This document shows, one piece after another, positions 14,601-26,758 of a DNA stretch of 64,000 bases. Origin of the DNA: Eledone cirrhosa (Eukaryota). The stretch lies in assembly GCA_964016885.1 (NCBI GenBank), contig OZ024742.1:221960001-222024000 (forward strand). The letters run 5' to 3'. Both the position numbers and the translations under genes were made by a program. Position 1 is the stretch's first letter. Each line of letters begins with the position of its first letter. The notes below the pieces were generated by a model. That model did no database searches. It was not told where the DNA came from and was given only the letters and a program-made list of their open reading frames with translations.

Positions 14601-15107
14601 CACACACAAGATACACACACACATGCGCATCATCCAACATATATATGTAACTACGTATGTGTGTGTGTGTGTGTGACTGTGTGGTGTGTATTTGTGTGAT
14701 TCTATATTATTGTATGTGTGTTAATGTCAAGTGTGTGTGTATGTGTTAATGTCTGGTGTGTGTGCAACTGTAGTATGTATACGTAACAGGTGTGTGATGT
14801 GTGTGTGTGTGATGGTGGGTGTGTGAAACTGATTGTGTGTGTATGTGTTTGTGTGGCTGTACAGTATATGTGTTAATGTTTAGTGTGAGTGTGTGCGTGT
14901 TTGTGTGCGTGTATCTGTGTATGTGTCTGCTTGTGTGTATATGGTGTGTAGCAGAGGTTTCCAATTTAACGGAAATTGATTGCAATGAGTCTATGGAATG
15001 ACTGAGAACTTCACTGATGGCCGCTTTCCTCAGATTTATGTCTGATTGCACGGTTGATATAACAATCCGTCAGATTCTCTCTCTCCCACTCTCATATATA
15101 AATATAT

Positions 15108-15680
15108 GAATTAGCATAGTACCCGTCAAAAATGACGGAATTTATTGCAAAAAATATTTAAAGATGTTTGATCCCTCGAATTTCCTCATTCCGACCATCG
15201 CCGTATTTCATTTTACATTCGTTTACTCCTTTAGTTACCAACCCGGCCAAAACCAGCTCAGGTTCTATGAAATAAAACCAACAATTTTAATGGTTTTCAA
15301 TTTAAATTAAAATCTTCCAACATAATTTTATATAAGAACCTTACTATCTTACTAATGAAATGATTATTAGCTTTAGAAAATCCCCCGAAATTCTTCATTA
15401 TTTAATTGAAATAAAGTGTTTTTATTAGAAATACAGTCACGAAAGGATTAAATAAATAATAATTTTCTTCCATATTTTCTGCAATCATTATCAAACATAT
15501 ATTCACAATATTACTATGGCTTTGATTTACCTATCTATCTATTAAAGATATCTATTAATCTTCAGGCTGTTGTTGAGATTTGTGCCTTGTTGTTGATGTT
15601 GTTATTGTTGTTCTTATCAGAAAATAGTTACATTGGTAAACACACATAATTAAAGCTGTAAATTGTCAAACAAACAGGCA
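15108..15680 (-). mobile_element. Possible non-autonomous Helitron
   Basis: Minus strand ends with a CCGTCA(TTTT)TGACGG hairpin and then ..TATGCTAA (degenerate CTAG). 5' limit unclear. Confidence 0.35.
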
Positions 15681-15690
15681 GATAGATATA

Positions 15691-16572
15691 TTTCTTTATT
15701 AGTCACAAGGGCGCACAAGAAAAGGGGACAAAGCAAGGACACATGCCGGGGATTTTACATACAATCGTGTAAAAATATTGAAACAAACAAATTTAACAAT
15801 CGAAATCCCCAATAAGGGGGAGGCGCCACAAATGGGTTGTTTAATACCCCGTCGATAGAACAACCCTCAACTTCAGGAGCATGTGGTGCAAGTGCTCCGT
15901 TCTTCCTTTTGCTCTCTTCTTCAGCCTACAGGTTTATATACAGAGAAAGCCCAACCACTCGGGCCATTTTTGCCACATTCACCCACCTTTCAGTAAATTT
16001 ACTGGGGTGCAGTGCCTCTCTCTCCACCCTGATTCTCCTTCTAAAGTAGTACCTAAAGAAGGGAATGAGTTGTTGTCCAGAGAAAAAGGCATCTGTCCTC
16101 AGTCCTCTCAATCTCAGCCACAATATAATCTCTTTCACCATAGCCAATATACAGAGGAAAACCGCCTCTCTTTCGTTTTTGAAAGAAGTCGGCGGTTTGA
16201 TCCTTACTATGGACTCGGCAGTCAACTAGATTTGTCCCATACCCGACAGCAGTTGTTCTGCATAGTTCCACAGGTCGGTTACGCCCTGTCAGTGTACAAT
16301 TGCGTGCAAGACAGTTTCGATGTCCTGCTCGCATCTTGGATACGTCCTCTTGGAAGGATCAATGCCGGTGCGTCCGTGCCTGTAGATCTTGTCACGAACT
16401 GGTAGCTCCTCATAGCACTGCCAGGCCAGGGACCTCTGGAAGTTCTCCATAGGTCCCGGGCGGAAAGTCCTACCAAACAGACTGGTGAGTTCGTCGTCTT
16501 CGACGTCTAGAGTCTCACCGAGCACGTCGTCGCCCTTGTGACGTACTAACTCTCTATAGAATGTCGAAGTGG
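15691..16572 (-). mobile_element. Tx1/L1-type LINE 3' fragment, subfamily A
   Basis: Translates to the same C-terminus as the 17485-20142 ORF (frameshifted); 3' UTR ends AATAAAGAAA followed by TATC repeats. Confidence 0.85.
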
Positions 16573-16636
16573 ATAGACAGTTAGTTACATAGATAAGTAG
16601 GTAGGTAGGTGGGTAGGTAGATAGATGGATATATAT

Positions 16637-17155
16637 GTTTCTTTATTAGCCACAGGGGCACAAAAGAAGGGGACAAATCCAAAGGGGGAAGTTTACATAC
16701 AATAAAAACGTGTAAAATATTATCACAAATGCAATTTAAAAATTAGTCGATTTACCCCAATAGGGGAAGACAGTTCATATGGGTAACACATACCCCCGAA
16801 AAAATGTGCAACCCTCATCTCCAGGAGTACGAAGAGTTTGTACTCCTTTCCTCTCCTCCTCCTTTTCCTCAACCTACAGGCTGATATAGAGAGAAGGCCT
16901 ATTCACTCGGGCCATTCTCGCCACTTTCACCCACCTTTCATAAAACTTGCTGGGGTACAGCACTTCTCTCTCCATCCTGATTCTTCTTCCAAAATGGTAT
17001 TTGAAAAAAAAGAATCAGTTGTTGGCCGGAGAGAAAGGTTTCTGACCTCAGCCCTTTCAACCTTGTCCACCATACAACCTCTTTCGCCATAGCTATCACA
17101 CAAAGGAAAACCGCCTCTCCTTCGTTTTTGAATGAGTGTGGCGGTTTGATCATGA
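16637..17155 (-). mobile_element. Tx1/L1-type LINE 3' fragment, subfamily B
   Basis: MIKPPHSFKNEGEAVFLCVIAMAKEVVWWTRLKGLRS plus 3' UTR; GATA-type repeats on both sides. Confidence 0.85.
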
Positions 17156-17221
17156 CAATGGATAGATGGATAGATAAATAGATAGGTAGATAGATAAATA
17201 AATAGATAGATAGATAGATAT

Positions 17222-20037
17222 GTTTCTTTTATTTGCCACTAGGGCATCAAAAGTGGGACAAGTACAAAGGGGGGAGTTTACACAAAAAGGCGTCCTCAAT
17301 AAGGAGGAGGCAATAACAAAATATAAAAATAAAATAAGATATAACAAAAAATAAAATTTATAATAAAATCCTCAATAGAGAGGAGGCGCCTTGGGGGGTC
17401 GCACACACCCCCGAAAAAAGTGTGCAACCATTCTCCCCAGGAGCACAGAGAAGGGGTGCTCCCTTGGTCTTTCATCTTCCTCACCTATAGTCTGATGTAG
17501 AGTGAAGGCCCATTCACACGGGCCATTCTCGCCACTTTCACCCATCTTTCATAGAAACGGCTGGGGTGCAGCACCTCTCTCTCCATCCTGATCCTTCTTC
17601 CGAAATGATAACGGAAGAAACGGACCAGTTGTTGGCCAGAGAGAAAGGTGCCTGACCTCAGTCCTTTCAGACGCGTCCACCATACAACCTCTTTCGCCAT
17701 GGCTATTACGCACAGAAACACCACCTCTGCTTCATCTTTGAAGGGGGGAGGCGGCTTGATCATTACAATAGACTCGGTGGTCAACCGGATCGGTCCCACC
17801 CTTGACAGCAGTTGTTCGACATAGCCCCACAGATCGGCTACGCCCGAGCAGTGTACCAATGCGTGTGCAACGGTTTCCTCGTCGCACACGCATCTGGGAC
17901 AGATCTTTTTGGCGGGGTCCCTACCCGGGCGCCCGTGTCTGTAGAGCCTTTCTCGAACGGGTAAAGCCCGTCGGTAGCACTGCCAGGCCAGGGACTTCTG
18001 GAAGTTGTCCATAGGTCCTGGGCTGAATGTCCTACCGAACAGGCTGGCCAGTTCGTCCTCCTCCGTGTCTAGGGCTTCTCCGAGGGCATCGTCGCACCTG
18101 CTGCGTACCAGCCCTCTATAGAATGTTGCGGTGGAGTCTCCACTGATAACCGGATCCGCCTGCCAGAGAGCGGTGAGCGCCTGGGCACACTCAGTGTGCC
18201 AGGCGCACAGTTTTCTCGGTCTTTGCTTGACCCAGGATTGCAGCTCGGTGAGTGAGACGAGTCTGCGAAAGGTTCGTCTCACAAACGAGGCCCACACCGG
18301 TTGTCCGGTGAGGAATACGTAGAGGTGCCGTAGCCTTAATGCGTGTTTACGCATCATTAGCCACGGCATCCCCAGCCCTCCTTTCGAAGGGTGTTGACAG
18401 CAGATGGATCTCCTCACCATAGGAGCCCGCCTCTTCCAAAGGAATTGGAAGAGCGCGCGCTCCATCTTGGTGAGGGTTTCCCTTGGGCAGGGCACTACGG
18501 TCAGGCGGTAGTAGATGACGGACGCTATGTAGGTGTTCGCCACCTCTGCCCGACCTTTCAGGGATAGTTTGCAACTGGCCCACTTCTGGGTCAGCGCAAA
18601 CACCCTGTTCGTAACCTCCGCCCAGTTTTTCTCCACCTGGAGGTCCGGTCCGAACCAGACCCCGAGCAACTTCACCGGGCCCTCCGTCCAGCGTCCGACG
18701 ACGCCATCGGAGGGCATCGGTCTGCCCCTCCACGTGCCGAGTTGCAAACCGATCGACTTGTCCCGGTTCAGCTTAGCCCCTGTGAACTTTTCGTACTCCT
18801 CCAGTAAGGTGCCGACCGCCTCGATTTCGGAGGCCGTCGACACCATTACTGTCACGTCATCGGCGTAGGCCGACACCGCTTTCCGCAATCCCGGTTCCAA
18901 AGGGATGCCCTGCAACAACTCCAACTTCCGCAGTAGTGGCTCGAGAGTCAACACATACAGAAGGGAGGAGAGAGGGCACCCTTGTCGGATGGACCGCGCG
19001 ATTTTGAACGGCTCCGAGAGGTAGCCGTTCACCTTGACCCTAGAGCAGATGCGGCTGCTGTGCATAGCAGTGATCCAGCCCCTGAAAACGGGTCCGAAGC
19101 CTGCCGCCGCTAGCACCGCATCCAGGTAACCATGGTCGACCCTATCGAACGCCTTAGATTGATCCAAGTTGATCAGAGCCCCACCAAAACCGGGTTCGTT
19201 CCCAACCCTCTCTATGATGTATCGCATGAGGTGGAGGTTGTCATGGATGGACCTGGACGGGATAGCGCATGTCTGTGCATCTCCCACCAGGTTGCCCACG
19301 ACAAGCGCCAACCTCTTTGCTAGCACCTTGGCCAAAATCTGTAACTCTGTATTTAGCAGAGTTATGGGCCTGAAGTTACTTATTTCGTCCCCCTTGTTCT
19401 CGTCCTTCCTCACTAGCGTGACTACGCCCTTGGTCACAGTACAGGGAATTCTCCCGTTCTGTCGCCAGTTGCAGTAGACCGCCTCGAGGAGATCGGGGAA
19501 CAAGTCCGGCATAGCTAGATATAATTCGTAAGGAAGACCATCGAGACCCGGGGATTTGCGTTTGCCGCATTGGCTCAGCACGTCCTCTATCTCAGCGGCC
19601 GAAATCGGCTCCTCGCAGGACTTCGCCTCCCTGTCCGAGAGGCGCGGCAGGCCGTCGAGGTATGGACCGAAGTCCACGTTCCCAACCGGCTCCCCGCCCC
19701 TCCCGAACAGTCGGGCAAAGTGCCTTTGAAAGGCCTCACACATCTGCTTAGGCTCAAGAATCGCCCGTCCATCCAGGTCTCGCAAAGACCGGATGGTGGA
19801 TTTAGTTCCACTGTTGGCCTCTGTCACGCGGGCCCAGCTAACAGCTTTGGTCCCCTCGTTCCCTAGAGCACGTATTTTACTTCGGACAACGCAGCCTTCG
19901 TGCTTCGCGTCGAAAAACTGGCTCAAAGCCGTTCTCGACGCTAGCACTCTGGCCACGTCGCCGCTTCTAATTGCCTCTTCTACTCTATCTATTAGCTCCC
20001 TTTCCTTCCTATTCCTATCCGCAGTTAAAACCTTACT
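17222..20037 (-). mobile_element. 5'-truncated Tx1/L1-clade LINE, subfamily C
   Basis: Open RT-containing frame plus 3' UTR; bounded by (GATA)n at both ends. Confidence 0.9.
17485..20037 (-). CDS. LINE ORF2 remnant: reverse transcriptase plus C-terminal CCHC knuckle; no endonuclease domain
   Basis: KSPGLDG, NFRPITLLN, LDQSKAFDRV, RQGCPLS, YADD, CPRC..ETVAHALVHC. The first ~35 aa of the listed ORF come from a neighbouring LINE tail and GATA repeats. Confidence 0.9.
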   Translation of the reverse strand, partial: SKVLTADRNRKERELIDRVEEAIRSGDVARVLASRTALSQFFDAKHEGCVVRSKIRALGNEGTKAVSWARVTEANSGTKSTIRSLRDLDGRAILEPKQMCEAFQRHFARLFGRGGEPVGNVDFGPYLDGLPRLSDREAKSCEEPISAAEIEDVLSQCGKRKSPGLDGLPYELYLAMPDLFPDLLEAVYCNWRQNGRIPCTVTKGVVTLVRKDENKGDEISNFRPITLLNTELQILAKVLAKRLALVVGNLVGDAQTCAIPSRSIHDNLHLMRYIIERVGNEPGFGGALINLDQSKAFDRVDHGYLDAVLAAAGFGPVFRGWITAMHSSRICSRVKVNGYLSEPFKIARSIRQGCPLSSLLYVLTLEPLLRKLELLQGIPLEPGLRKAVSAYADDVTVMVSTASEIEAVGTLLEEYEKFTGAKLNRDKSIGLQLGTWRGRPMPSDGVVGRWTEGPVKLLGVWFGPDLQVEKNWAEVTNRVFALTQKWASCKLSLKGRAEVANTYIASVIYYRLTVVPCPRETLTKMERALFQFLWKRRAPMVRRSICCQHPSKGGLGMPWLMMRKHALRLRHLYVFLTGQPVWASFVRRTFRRLVSLTELQSWVKQRPRKLCAWHTECAQALTALWQADPVISGDSTATFYRGLVRSRCDDALGEALDTEEDELASLFGRTFSPGPMDNFQKSLAWQCYRRALPVRERLYRHGRPGRDPAKKICPRCVCDEETVAHALVHCSGVADLWGYVEQLLSRVGPIRLTTESIVMIKPPPPFKDEAEVVFLCVIAMAKEVVWWTRLKGLRSGTFLSGQQLVRFFRYHFGRRIRMEREVLHPSRFYERWVKVARMARVNGPSLYIRL

Positions 20038-20090
20038 AAATAGATAGATAGATAGATAGATAGATAGACAGAAGCAGATAGATAGATATA

Positions 20091-20214
20091 TTTCTTTATT
20101 AGTCACAAGGGCGGACAAGAAAGAGGGACAAAACAAGGACACATGCCGGGGATTTTACATACAATCGTGTAAAAATATTGAAACAAACAAATTTAACAAT
20201 CGAAATCCCCAATA
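20091..20214 (-). mobile_element. Tx1-type LINE 3' tail, subfamily A
   Basis: Near-identical to 15691-15815. Confidence 0.8.
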
Positions 20215-20236
20215 GCGTATGTGTGTGTGTGTGTAA

Positions 20237-20279
<43 letters not shown>

Positions 20280-20590
20280 ATTAACACAAAATATATATAA
20301 AATTAGAATTTTATTTCTCGCCTTAGCAAAGTTGATAAATAACTGTAAATATACACACGTACTCATATATGTATAAACACACACACACACACATATATAC
20401 ATACATACACATATATACATATACTTATGTACGCATGGGTTATATCGAACACTAATAATAATGTTCGTTTACAAACGAATCGAACATTATTATTGGTGTT
20501 TAATATAACCCATACATATATATGTATATATGTGTCTGTATGTATATGCATATATGTATATATATATATATATATGTACCTGTGCACACT

Positions 20591-20644
<54 letters not shown>

Positions 20645-20775
20645 GATAAATCTACCAAGAGTTTACGGTAGTGTCCAATCCGTATGAAGAACTCAATGTA
20701 TTCCGGATATCATGGAAAGAAGAGATGTAATGAAAAATCACTTTCGGTGAAAGATAAACGGTATACAGAGTCAAG

Positions 20776-21191
20776 ATAAAATATTAAACAAATAATGAAT
20801 AAACAATGAGACTGTTCCTTATATTAAACAAAAAAAGGTTCATTATTTAACGATCGTTTCTAGGATATATATGTGTGTTAGAATTGGCATGCATATTCAA
20901 CAGATCTATGTACAAAATTATACAAAATTATACAAACTATCAAGATTAAATATACATACCAACACATATATACGCCGTCTTCAGATTATTTCTGAAGACG
21001 GCGTATATATGTGTTGGTATGTATATTTAATCTTGATAGTTTGTATAATTTTGTATAATTTTGTACATAGATCTGTTGAATATGCATGCCAATTCTAACA
21101 CACATATATATCCTAGAAACGATCGTTAAATAATGAACCTTTTTTTGTTTAATATAAGGAACAGTCTCATTGTTTATTCATTATTTGTTTA

Positions 21192-21200
<9 letters not shown>
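20776..21200. repeat. Perfect-looking 210-bp-arm fold-back with 5-nt loop
   Basis: 20776-20985 is the reverse complement of 20991-21200; ends in (TA)n. Confidence 0.9.
20986..21133 (+). ncRNA. Hammerhead motif with extended stem II
   Basis: TTATTT-CTGAAGA-[~115 nt with TATATATGTGT/ACACATATATA pairing]-GAAA-CGATCG-TT-AAATAA. Confidence 0.55.
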
Positions 21201-21251
<51 letters not shown>

Positions 21252-21436
21252 TTTATTTCGCTGGCAACAGATCTATACGGTGTTTCCAGTTCAATCATGA
21301 AGACATTAGTATTAAGTATTGAATGTTTCGCTGTGTAAATCTTATTCAAATTAAATATTTTATGCGATATGATTATATGATTATATCAACATAATCGTTA
21401 TAATGGTTTGTGTGTTTATATATATATATATATATA

Positions 21437-21957
<521 letters not shown>

Positions 21958-22397
21958 AAAAGGTAAACAGAAATAACAAAAATAACAAAACGAACGGCAC
22001 AGTAAATGCAAACGATATATTAGTTTAACACTTGAAATAGCAGGAAGAGGGTCTTAAGGTTTCGGATGCTAGTTCTTCATCAGAAGAAAGAAGGAGAAAT
22101 TAAAGAAGAAATAAAAAGATTGAGGAGACGGGCTGAGCGGAAACGGAAAAAAAACAAAACATTTTTTTAAAATAGAAAAATAACAGGTCCATTCATGTTG
22201 CCATCTCCTTTACTCAAATGATTTACATATCTTCTGATTAGAATTCAATAAACTTCGAAAATTGAATAAAAGTATTTATCTTTTTTTTTTTCAATTTACA
22301 AGGTAGTACGTATATTTGGCATATTTACATATCTATGTAAATGTTATTAAACGTGTAAATTTATATGCGCACATTCGCAGTTGAGGTTACTTCTGTA

Positions 22398-22433
<36 letters not shown>

Positions 22434-23516
22434 ATATATATACAATGTAATTATATCGGTATATAAAAATATATACTCGTTGAGAAATGTGTTGGCTCTC
22501 ATTTCTAACTGCTCATTAAGTATTTTAGTAATCAGTATTATATATGATACTAAGATTTATGTATGACTTACAGGTATATATAGGTATAAGTAGTGTATAT
22601 AATATATTTACATGTAACAATAAAATAATTAGACCTTCAGGAAAGTAAGCTTCCTCAAATTCATAGGCCCCTGATTACAGGTCCACCTCACCAGGCCGGT
22701 AAACACCTCGGCGTTGCCGATTTCCAGCCACAACTGAAACTTCTCGGTTTCGACTGCGGCGGTGATAGACATTCGGACGGGATAACCTTTTCCCCCTTTG
22801 TGTAGGATCACTTATTTATCTCCTGTTTGAATGAAGGCAGCCACTCAACTGAGACACTATATGTTGTAACATTTTCTTCCAGTGCCAGCCTTATCGCTTC
22901 GATCATAGACCGGACATTTCCATCCGTAATACAGAAGAGTTAAAGATGATCAAATACTCGGCATTAACTGACCATTTCCTTTTTGTGCCGATCACCCTGG
23001 AGACGCCAGTGTCTTCTCGGTCACCGGATTGTCGTTTTCCTTTGTCAAATTGGAACTATAGTACCACACCCGAGGAAGGAACAATGTAAAGTGAAATGGC
23101 TGATACGACCGATATCGCTGGTTGTTCTCCACGGTTGTTCACCATCTTGTCTACAGCAGACCTGCCAACCTCTAAAAACCGAAACGGCGAGTACTATGAA
23201 AAAAAGTGCCCCAACACTGGGCGAAATGAGACAAAATGAGGAGATTTTACATAATAAAAGTTATACCCATTTTCACAAGAGAAGGCATCTCTCAACCACC
23301 CCAAAGTGGGTGGGAGATCTCCCCGTCGGACGGGAAGAGTTGACAGGTCAGCCACAGAGAGCAGCTGAGATACGCCGTGGAGAAAAGGATCTAAGGTTTA
23401 TATTTTATTGTGTTTCATGAATTCTAAATAAAATTCGATACGTAGATTGCAACACGAAATATCCGATCACCCTAATTAACTACTGATTGAATTTCAAGAA
23501 TTTGTAGAATTATTGA

Positions 23517-23850
23517 TTGTTCCAATTATTTGATCAACGGGATAGTTTTCTCATGAAATCAACGTGCAAGTGGCTGAGAATTCCACAGACAGGTGAACGC
23601 TTAACGATATTCTCAGGAAGATCCAACGCGACACAGTGTGTGAAAAGGTTGTCTCTTTTGAATTACAGGTACAGTCAATGCGAAGGGCTTCCAAACAGTT
23701 TCCACCTATCCAGTTTCACTCACAAGGTTTGGATCGATTCTAAGCCATGGTAAATGACACTTGCTCAAGATGTTACGCTGTGAGAGCGAACACCGGACCT
23801 AATGATTGCACATCGAACCTTTTTAACCAGACGAGCATACTACATACACT
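23517..23850 (+). mobile_element. SINE (AACGTGCAAGTGGCTGAG...TTGAATTACAGGTAC family)
   Basis: Same family recurs at ~35620-36350, 42830-43150, 43320-43530 and 51620-52120. Confidence 0.6.
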
Positions 23851-24545
23851 GTTGAATAATAAGTGGCTGAACATTTGTCTGATACGTGTAACTCTTAACG
23901 TGATAAATAATCCGCTGGGAGAAGCAGCGTGACTCAGTATGCAGATTTATTCAAATCCATGCAAAGAAGCCACTCTGTTTCGTGGCTTACTTCCCGCTCG
24001 TTAAAGTAAAATAAATATAAAGCCTTGAGAGAGAAAAACTATTGAAATACTCATTAGACATTTTCACAGCATTACTTAATGTGTTACATTTATTTTCCTT
24101 CCTTTAGCAAGCGGTGAGTAAAGATGACATAAAATGGGTTGTTCGTCGGAATTTGAATAAATGTACAAATCTGCATATTGGAGACTGTATACAACATAAA
24201 TTGTAGGGTTCTGTGAAGATTTATTGTTCACAGTCTCGTCATTATAAAATTATATATATGTGCATGTGTGTGTGTTTGTGTACGTATGTGTGTGTGTGAG
24301 TGCGTAGTGTATGCAAATATATATATATGTGTGTATGTAGGAGGTGAGTTTTATTGTAGTACAATAAAGCAATGCAGATATCGGATAAGAAGCACTCTAC
24401 AGTTTGTAGGACTGGAGTATACATAATATATAAGAACAAAAGATGGTTAAAAGAGTTCCATGTATTTTATTATGCGCATTTCAATATGTTGATTTAAAAC
24501 TGAACTATCCACAAGTGTTTTTTAACCTTCATATCATGTCCTCCT

Positions 24546-24614
24546 GTTTTATCTGATGAAAACACAAATATTATTGCATGATGATATTTGTTTTTGAAAT
24601 GCGCATAATAAAAT
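24546..24614 (+). ncRNA. Type-I hammerhead motif (copy of 21606-21674)
   Basis: Same core and stems, within a second fold-back copy. Confidence 0.7.
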
Positions 24615-24655
24615 ACATGGAACTCTTTTAACCATCTTTTGTTCTTATATATTAT

Positions 24656-25721
<1,066 letters not shown>

Positions 25722-26007
25722 CATTATATGTGGCATTTCCACTCATATAAACCACCCATAAAATATACCTATGCACATACACAGAGACATACACACGTAT
25801 GCATACACAAACATACACGCATACCACGACGCACACACATTATATATACTTTGCCTTTCATCCTTACGGGGTCGATAAAATAAAGTACCAGTAATACACT
25901 GGGATGATTGCTGGCCTTGTGCCAAAAGTAGAAACAATTATATACATATATATTATTTGTTTGTTAAAATATTTAAATTAAATTAATTCAACAGTTAAAC
26001 ACACAGC

Positions 26008-26205
26008 AATAATAATTGTTTCTACGTTAGGCACAAGGCCAGCAATTACCCAGTGTATTACTGGTACTTTATTTTATCGACCCCGTAAGGATGAAAGGCA
26101 AAGTTAACCTCGGCGGGATTTGAACTCAGAATGGCAAGGGCCGTAACTCTATCCGTCAAAGCATGGCGTCCGACCCTTTACCAATACTGCCAATCCACCG
26201 CCTTT
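26008..26205 (-). mobile_element. tRNA-derived SINE (Octopus-type)
   Basis: A-box-like GGTGGATTGGCAG, B-box GAGTTCAAATCCC, body CTTTGCCTTTCATCCTTACGGGGTCGATAAA, (ATT)n tail; copies at 25850-25940, 35880-36045, 42245-42410, 56440-56630. Confidence 0.8.
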
Positions 26206-26249
26206 AGCAATAATAAATAATGTTGTTACCAAAGAGCCAGAAGATTGAC

Positions 26250-26700
26250 AAGTCGACCCTAAATATGACTAATAGCTCTAGGAAAGCCATGAACGACACC
26301 ACATCTTTTTATCTTTTATTTTGAAAGTAGGTTTACAATTATCAATTTTCATTGTACTTTTGTAGCTGTCTCGGCAGCCTAGTTGGGTGAATCATAGCCG
26401 GTGCTGATCCTAGTCTGAAGTTCGATCCTGGTCGGTAGTAGGGTTCCCGGTAAACCTTTTCAGTTTTTTTCTATGGGATGTAAAATAAAAACTGAAAAAG
26501 ATTACATATAACTCTTGACCAGGATTGAACCCAAGGTTAGGATCTCCACCGTCTCTAGTACCTACCGATAGGCCACTAAGACTGCTACGAAAATCTGTTT
26601 AAAATTCATATTTATAAACCTACTTTCAAAATTTTCAATACAAAATGATGTGTCGTTCATGTTTTTCTTAATCTTACCGCTCCTACTTAAGGTCGACTTC
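26250..26700. mobile_element. Imperfect palindromic element with two inverted tRNA-like arms
   Basis: AAGTCGACC.../...GGTCGACTT ends; arms pair throughout; B-box-like GTTCGATCC on + and GGTTCAATCC on -. Confidence 0.5.
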
Positions 26701-26758
26701 TAAATCATTTGAGTGTTCCATAAACCCCATCCTCGTTTTGTTTCTCATCTATCTAGAC

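Noticed and set aside
20038-20142. N-terminus of the 885-aa ORF
   Set aside because: It is read-through of an adjacent LINE tail and GATA repeats, not part of ORF2.
26100-26205. tRNA gene
   Set aside because: A/B-box head without a convincing cloverleaf, attached to a multi-copy SINE body.
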